DNA of 64,000 nucleotides from Pirellulales bacterium (GTDB lineage: Bacteria; Planctomycetota; Planctomycetia; Pirellulales; JAICIG01), in the NCBI GenBank assembly GCA_040901675.1, contig JBBDYJ010000039.1, forward strand, positions 17,829 to 81,828, read 5' to 3'. The translations under genes and the position numbers were made by a program. Each line of letters opens with the position of its first letter. Position 1 is the first letter of the stretch. The notes under the pieces are model-generated. The model had not been told where the DNA came from, did not search any database, and was given only the letters and a program-made list of their open reading frames with translations. Below, in pieces: positions 59,927 to 64,000 of this stretch.

Positions 59927-61396
59927 ATGGCAAACACCGCCTGGTCGCTGCTCCGCGAGTTACAGAGCCAGTTCCGGCTGGCCGATCTCTTCGACATCCT
60001 GCTGGTCGCGCTGTTTCTGTACCTGGTCATTACCTGGTTCAGGACCTCGGCATCTCGCCGCATGGCCGTGGGCGTGCTGGTGGTGGGTGTCGTCTACGTG
60101 CTGGCCCGCGTGCTCGACATGTACCTGACCACGCAGTTGCTGCGGACCGGCTTGACGGTGGGCCTGGTCGCGATGGTGGTCATCTTCCAGGAAGACCTGC
60201 GGCGGGCATTCGAGTGGATCGCCAGTTGGAGTCGATTCCCCCAGCCGCCGGCCGCTGACGCAGCGTCCCGCTTCAGCGAGGTGCTGGCCGATGGCTTGAC
60301 GCTGTTGGCATCGCTCAAGCGCGGCGGCCTGGTGGTCGTCGAGGGTCACGGCGCCGTGGACCGCCACATCTCGGCGGGCACGCCCCTGGACGGCCAGATC
60401 AGCGTGCCGCTCTTGTGTTCCATCTTCGACCCGCATTCGCCCGGCCACGACGGGGCCATCGTCGTCGAAGACAATAGGATCCGGCAGTTCGCAGTGCACC
60501 TCCCCCTTTCGACCAGTTCGCACGAGCTGAAAGGGCTGGGCACGCGGCACGCCGCGGCCCTGGGCCTCTCGGAACGCTGCGACGCGCTGGTGCTGGTGGT
60601 TTCCGAGGAGCGGGGCGAGATCAGCGCCGCCCAAGGGGGCAGATTGTCGCAGCTCAATTCGCCGGCCGAGTTGCGGCAGCGGCTCGCCGGCTTCCACGAA
60701 AGCCGCTTCCCGCGGCGCGTCGGTCAATCCTGGAAGCGCCGCCTCTGGCGCGATGGAGGGACCAAGGCCTTGGCCGTCACCTTGGCCGCTTTGGCATGGC
60801 TTTCGCTGGCCTTCCGCACGGAAACCGTGCAGCGGACATTCCTCGTGCCCATCGAATACCGCAACCTGCAAGCCGACTGGCAACTGGGCGAAACCCGGCC
60901 GCGCGACATCCGCGCAACGCTGTCCGGTTCCGAGCGGGCGTTCAACCTGATGGAACCGGGTGAGCTGCGGGCCTCCGTCGACCTGGCGGGCGTGCGGCAG
61001 GGAGAGCAGCAGATCGCATTGACCGCCGCCAATCTGAACAACCCGTCCGACCTGGAGGTGCTTCAGCTCGAACCCCGTTCGTTGTCGCTGGAGGCTTTTC
61101 CCGTCACGCGCATCCGGCTGGCGGTCGAGCCGCGGACCCGCGGCCAACTGCCGGTCCACCTCGAGCTGGATGGTATCTCCGTCGTTCCGAGCCAGGTCCG
61201 CGTCACGGTCTCCCGAGAGGACCGGGGCAAACTCCAGCAGATTCAGACTATGCCCGTCGACCTGGCCGAAATCACCCGCACCACTACCGTCAGCACGCTC
61301 TTGGACCTGCCGGAGGGCGTCGGCTACGTTTCGGCCGACGTCAGCGAAGTCAACGTCACCGTCCGCGTTCGCGAGAAACGATCGGCTCAACCATAA
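59927..61396 (+). CDS. Diadenylate cyclase (CdaA-type, 3 TM + DAC) fused to YbbR/CdaR-like repeats
   Basis: 'VVIFQEDLRR', 'SPGHDGA', 'GTRHAAALGLSE...VVSEERG'; TM then YbbR-like 'VPIEYRNL...LSGS...ASVDL'. Confidence 0.85.
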   Translation: MANTAWSLLRELQSQFRLADLFDILLVALFLYLVITWFRTSASRRMAVGVLVVGVVYVLARVLDMYLTTQLLRTGLTVGLVAMVVIFQEDLRRAFEWIASWSRFPQPPAADAASRFSEVLADGLTLLASLKRGGLVVVEGHGAVDRHISAGTPLDGQISVPLLCSIFDPHSPGHDGAIVVEDNRIRQFAVHLPLSTSSHELKGLGTRHAAALGLSERCDALVLVVSEERGEISAAQGGRLSQLNSPAELRQRLAGFHESRFPRRVGQSWKRRLWRDGGTKALAVTLAALAWLSLAFRTETVQRTFLVPIEYRNLQADWQLGETRPRDIRATLSGSERAFNLMEPGELRASVDLAGVRQGEQQIALTAANLNNPSDLEVLQLEPRSLSLEAFPVTRIRLAVEPRTRGQLPVHLELDGISVVPSQVRVTVSREDRGKLQQIQTMPVDLAEITRTTTVSTLLDLPEGVGYVSADVSEVNVTVRVREKRSAQP

Positions 61397-61459
61397 GACC
61401 GCTGCCATCGACTCCTCCGATCGGCGGGCACTCGGCCGGCCCCTGCCTGGACATCGACT

Positions 61460-62437
61460 ATGAACAACTGGGCGGCCAAGACCTGGCAAATACTCAAGGA
61501 AACCTTCCAGGAATGGCGGGAGGACAAGGTGCCTCGCCTGGGGGCCGCCCTGGCGTACTATTCCATCTTCTCGTTGGCGCCGCTGTTGATCATCGCCGTC
61601 ACGGCCGCGAGCTGGTTTTATCGCGAGGACGCCATCCGCGGGCAACTGGCCATTCAGCTCGAGGGGCTGCTGGGCCGGCAGGGGGCGACGACGGTCGAGC
61701 AAATGATCAACAACGTCAATACCACCGGCCAGGGACGGCTGGCCACGTGGCTGGGGATCGCGGCCTTGCTGTTCGGGGCCACCGGCGCCGTCGTCGCGTT
61801 GAAGGACGCCATGAACACGATCTGGGGCGTGATGCCGAGCCCGAAGCGCGGCTGGTGGGGAACCATTCGCGATCGGCTTCTGTCGCTGGCCATCGTGCTG
61901 GCGGTCGGTTTTTTGCTTTTGACCTCGCTGGTGCTGACGGCGGTGCTCAATGCTCTGAGCGCCCTGGCGGTCGATTGGATCCCCGCCTGGCTGCCGCAGG
62001 CCCGGCTGACCAACCTGTTTGTCTCCTTCGTGGTCATCACGCTCTTGTTCGCGACGATCTTCAAATGGCTGCCGGACGTGATCATCGGCTGGCGCGACGT
62101 GTGGGTCGGGGCCGTGATCACGGCGCTGCTGTTCATGGCCGGCAAGGAGCTGATCGGCATGTACCTGGGCCGGGCCGGCGCCGCGTCGGCTTACGGCGTG
62201 GCCGGGTCGCTGGTGATCGTGCTGTTGTGGACTTATTACTCGGCGCAGATTCTTTTCCTGGGGGCGGAGTTCACCCAAGTGTATGCCCGCAGGAAGGGCT
62301 CGCGGATCGTGCCCAGGCCAGGGGCGATGCGGATCACGGAGGCAATCCTGCAAAGCAAAACGGCCTCGCGCAAGCATGAGCGGCAGGCCGAGAAGGGACG
62401 ACCAGGGGACCAGGGGACACGGGGACAAGGCGAATGA
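61460..62437 (+). CDS. YihY/BrkB family inner membrane protein
   Basis: 'GAALAYYSIFSLAPLL', 'YGVAGSLVIVLLWTYYSAQILFLGAEF'. Confidence 0.9.
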   Translation: MNNWAAKTWQILKETFQEWREDKVPRLGAALAYYSIFSLAPLLIIAVTAASWFYREDAIRGQLAIQLEGLLGRQGATTVEQMINNVNTTGQGRLATWLGIAALLFGATGAVVALKDAMNTIWGVMPSPKRGWWGTIRDRLLSLAIVLAVGFLLLTSLVLTAVLNALSALAVDWIPAWLPQARLTNLFVSFVVITLLFATIFKWLPDVIIGWRDVWVGAVITALLFMAGKELIGMYLGRAGAASAYGVAGSLVIVLLWTYYSAQILFLGAEFTQVYARRKGSRIVPRPGAMRITEAILQSKTASRKHERQAEKGRPGDQGTRGQGE

Positions 62438-62512
62438 TAACCGGGAATGCGAGGCGATTTTCGAGGACAAGGGCAGCCGCATTCGCCAAACAGGCTCGGT
62501 GGCCTGCTGCTT

Positions 62513-62893
62513 TTACACGGGCGGCTGCATCGGCTGATCGTCGAGGATCTCGTTCAGAAACATCTCGCCTAATGTTTCCATCGAGACCTCGGTGACAAAC
62601 TCGCAGCCCATGAGCCAACGGCCCGCGTGCGAGGGAGTCTGCCAGCGCAGCTCGCCGGCCAACGTGAGCGCCATTCCCGCTTTTGAATGGGTCAGAAGCA
62701 GCATGAACTGCTCGCCGTCTTCCAGCGGGCTGCCGACCGCCAGCCGCGCTCCGTGACGCGAAAAATTGACCAGCTCCGCCGGCACGATGGGGGGCAACCG
62801 GCCGCTTCGTTCAATGCGCAGTTGGGCCTGGTGGCCCGCACGCGCCTCGTAGCGGGGCCGGCGAGCCCAACATTTCGCGTAGTCAAAGCCCAT
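62513..62893 (-). CDS. PilZ domain protein
   Basis: 'RRPRY...LVNFSRHGARL...LRW...MGCEF'. Confidence 0.7.
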   Translation of the reverse strand: MGFDYAKCWARRPRYEARAGHQAQLRIERSGRLPPIVPAELVNFSRHGARLAVGSPLEDGEQFMLLLTHSKAGMALTLAGELRWQTPSHAGRWLMGCEFVTEVSMETLGEMFLNEILDDQPMQPPV

Positions 62894-63070
62894 GGATCAC
62901 TGCCAAAAGTTGCAGGTCGTGCATCGAATCGGTGGCCGGAACCGCTTAAGCGTAGCTCACTTCCGAACGTTGTCCCGCCCGGCACACCGCGGGCTGCCGG
63001 TTGTAGCGGCTAATCGGCCCTTGGCACCCTGCCTACAATTCAGCGGTAGACCAATCACCGGGAGAAACAC

Positions 63071-64000
63071 ATGCGCCCCCTCCACTCGCCCTATCGAAAA
63101 CCATTGCACTGGATCCAGGACCCCGGCACCACGGGTCCGCTGAATCCCGGCGACTCACCCGGCAATACCCAGCCGGGCGGCCCTGCCGATTCCGAGCTGC
63201 TCGACGCCTATTCGCAGGCCGTGATTCGCGTCGTCGAGGAGGTCGGCCCGTCGGTCGTGCTGGTGAGCGGTCCGGGCGCACAGCGGCAAGGGGGTATCGG
63301 TTCCGGCGTCTTGATCTCCGCCGATGGATATGCCCTTACCAACAGCCACGTCGTCGCGGCCCGCCAGCGGCTTTCGGTCACGACCCATGAAGGCGACCGG
63401 CTCGACGCCCGGCTGGTCGGCGACGACCCGGCCACCGACCTGGCCGTGTTGCGCGTCTCGGCAGCCGACTTGCCGCTGGCTCGCCTGGGCGACTCGGCCG
63501 GCATTCGCGTGGGCCAACTGGTGATCGCCATGGGCAATCCCTATGGCTTCCAATCCACGGTTTCGACCGGCGTGGTCAGCGCCGTGGGCCGCTCGCTGCG
63601 CAGCCAGCAGGGCCGGCTGATCGAGAACGTCATCCAACACACGGCTCCCTTGAATCCGGGCAACTCCGGTGGTCCGCTGGTCGATTCGCACGGACGCGTG
63701 TTGGGAATCAACACGGCCATTATCGCCATGGCTCAAGGACTGGGCTTCGCGGTTGGAGCCGACACGGCCCGTTGGGTATTGGGCGAGGTGCTGGCTTACG
63801 GGCGTGTGCGGCGGGCTTCGCTGGGCGTTTCGGTAACGGTGCAGGTGGTCGGCCGCCAACTCGCCCGCCGCATGGATCTGCTCAACGACATGGCAATCGA
63901 GATCGTCTCGGTCGACCGCGGCGGGCCGGCCCAGGCCGCGGGCCTCCGCGAGGGCGACCTGGTGGTTGCCGTCAACGGTCGCATCGTGACCGCGGTCGAC
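63071..64000 (+). CDS. HtrA/DegP-like trypsin protease with PDZ domain (runs off the window end)
   Basis: GGAG RBS, ATG 63071; 'LLDAYSQAV', 'GSGVLISADGYALTNSHVV', 'DPATDLAVL', 'NPGNSGGPL'. Absent from the ORF track because there is no stop in the window. Confidence 0.9.
   Translation, partial: MRPLHSPYRKPLHWIQDPGTTGPLNPGDSPGNTQPGGPADSELLDAYSQAVIRVVEEVGPSVVLVSGPGAQRQGGIGSGVLISADGYALTNSHVVAARQRLSVTTHEGDRLDARLVGDDPATDLAVLRVSAADLPLARLGDSAGIRVGQLVIAMGNPYGFQSTVSTGVVSAVGRSLRSQQGRLIENVIQHTAPLNPGNSGGPLVDSHGRVLGINTAIIAMAQGLGFAVGADTARWVLGEVLAYGRVRRASLGVSVTVQVVGRQLARRMDLLNDMAIEIVSVDRGGPAQAAGLREGDLVVAVNGRIVTAVD

Overview
GC-rich bacterial DNA with strong Planctomycetota (Pirellulales-like) hallmarks: a PSD1/cytochrome-c DUF1549-type protein, DUF1501, TPR-ExbB-ExbD-ExbD clusters, a TPR-alphaCTD protein and 'FQFSL' leader peptides. 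The housekeeping backbone comprises xerD, galE, prmC-prfA-rpmE, kdsA, tRNA-Thr(CGT), tgt-yajC-secDF and a diadenylate cyclase. The most striking accessory locus is a ~13 kb, largely translationally coupled minus-strand operon (1817-14867). It encodes a lipoprotein, a Zn-ribbon TRAFAC GTPase, a GAP1-N2-like membrane protein with a low-GC C-terminal half, a 967-aa helical membrane protein, a double-GYF membrane protein, a MotA/TolQ/ExbB channel, two different Asp-plug coiled-coil partners and a membrane-anchored trypsin-like protease. This looks like a GTPase-centred conflict/sensing system wired to its own ion-motive motor. Other highlights missed by the ORF track: an exported AhpD-like protein with an in-frame UGA in a CxxU motif followed by a SECIS-like hairpin (probable selenoprotein), a candidate sigma54-driven structured sRNA, an rtcB 3' relic, an orphan antitoxin bracketed by halves of an inverted-repeat element, and three distinct GTAG-REP families. 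All family assignments come from motif recognition by eye; no database searches were run.
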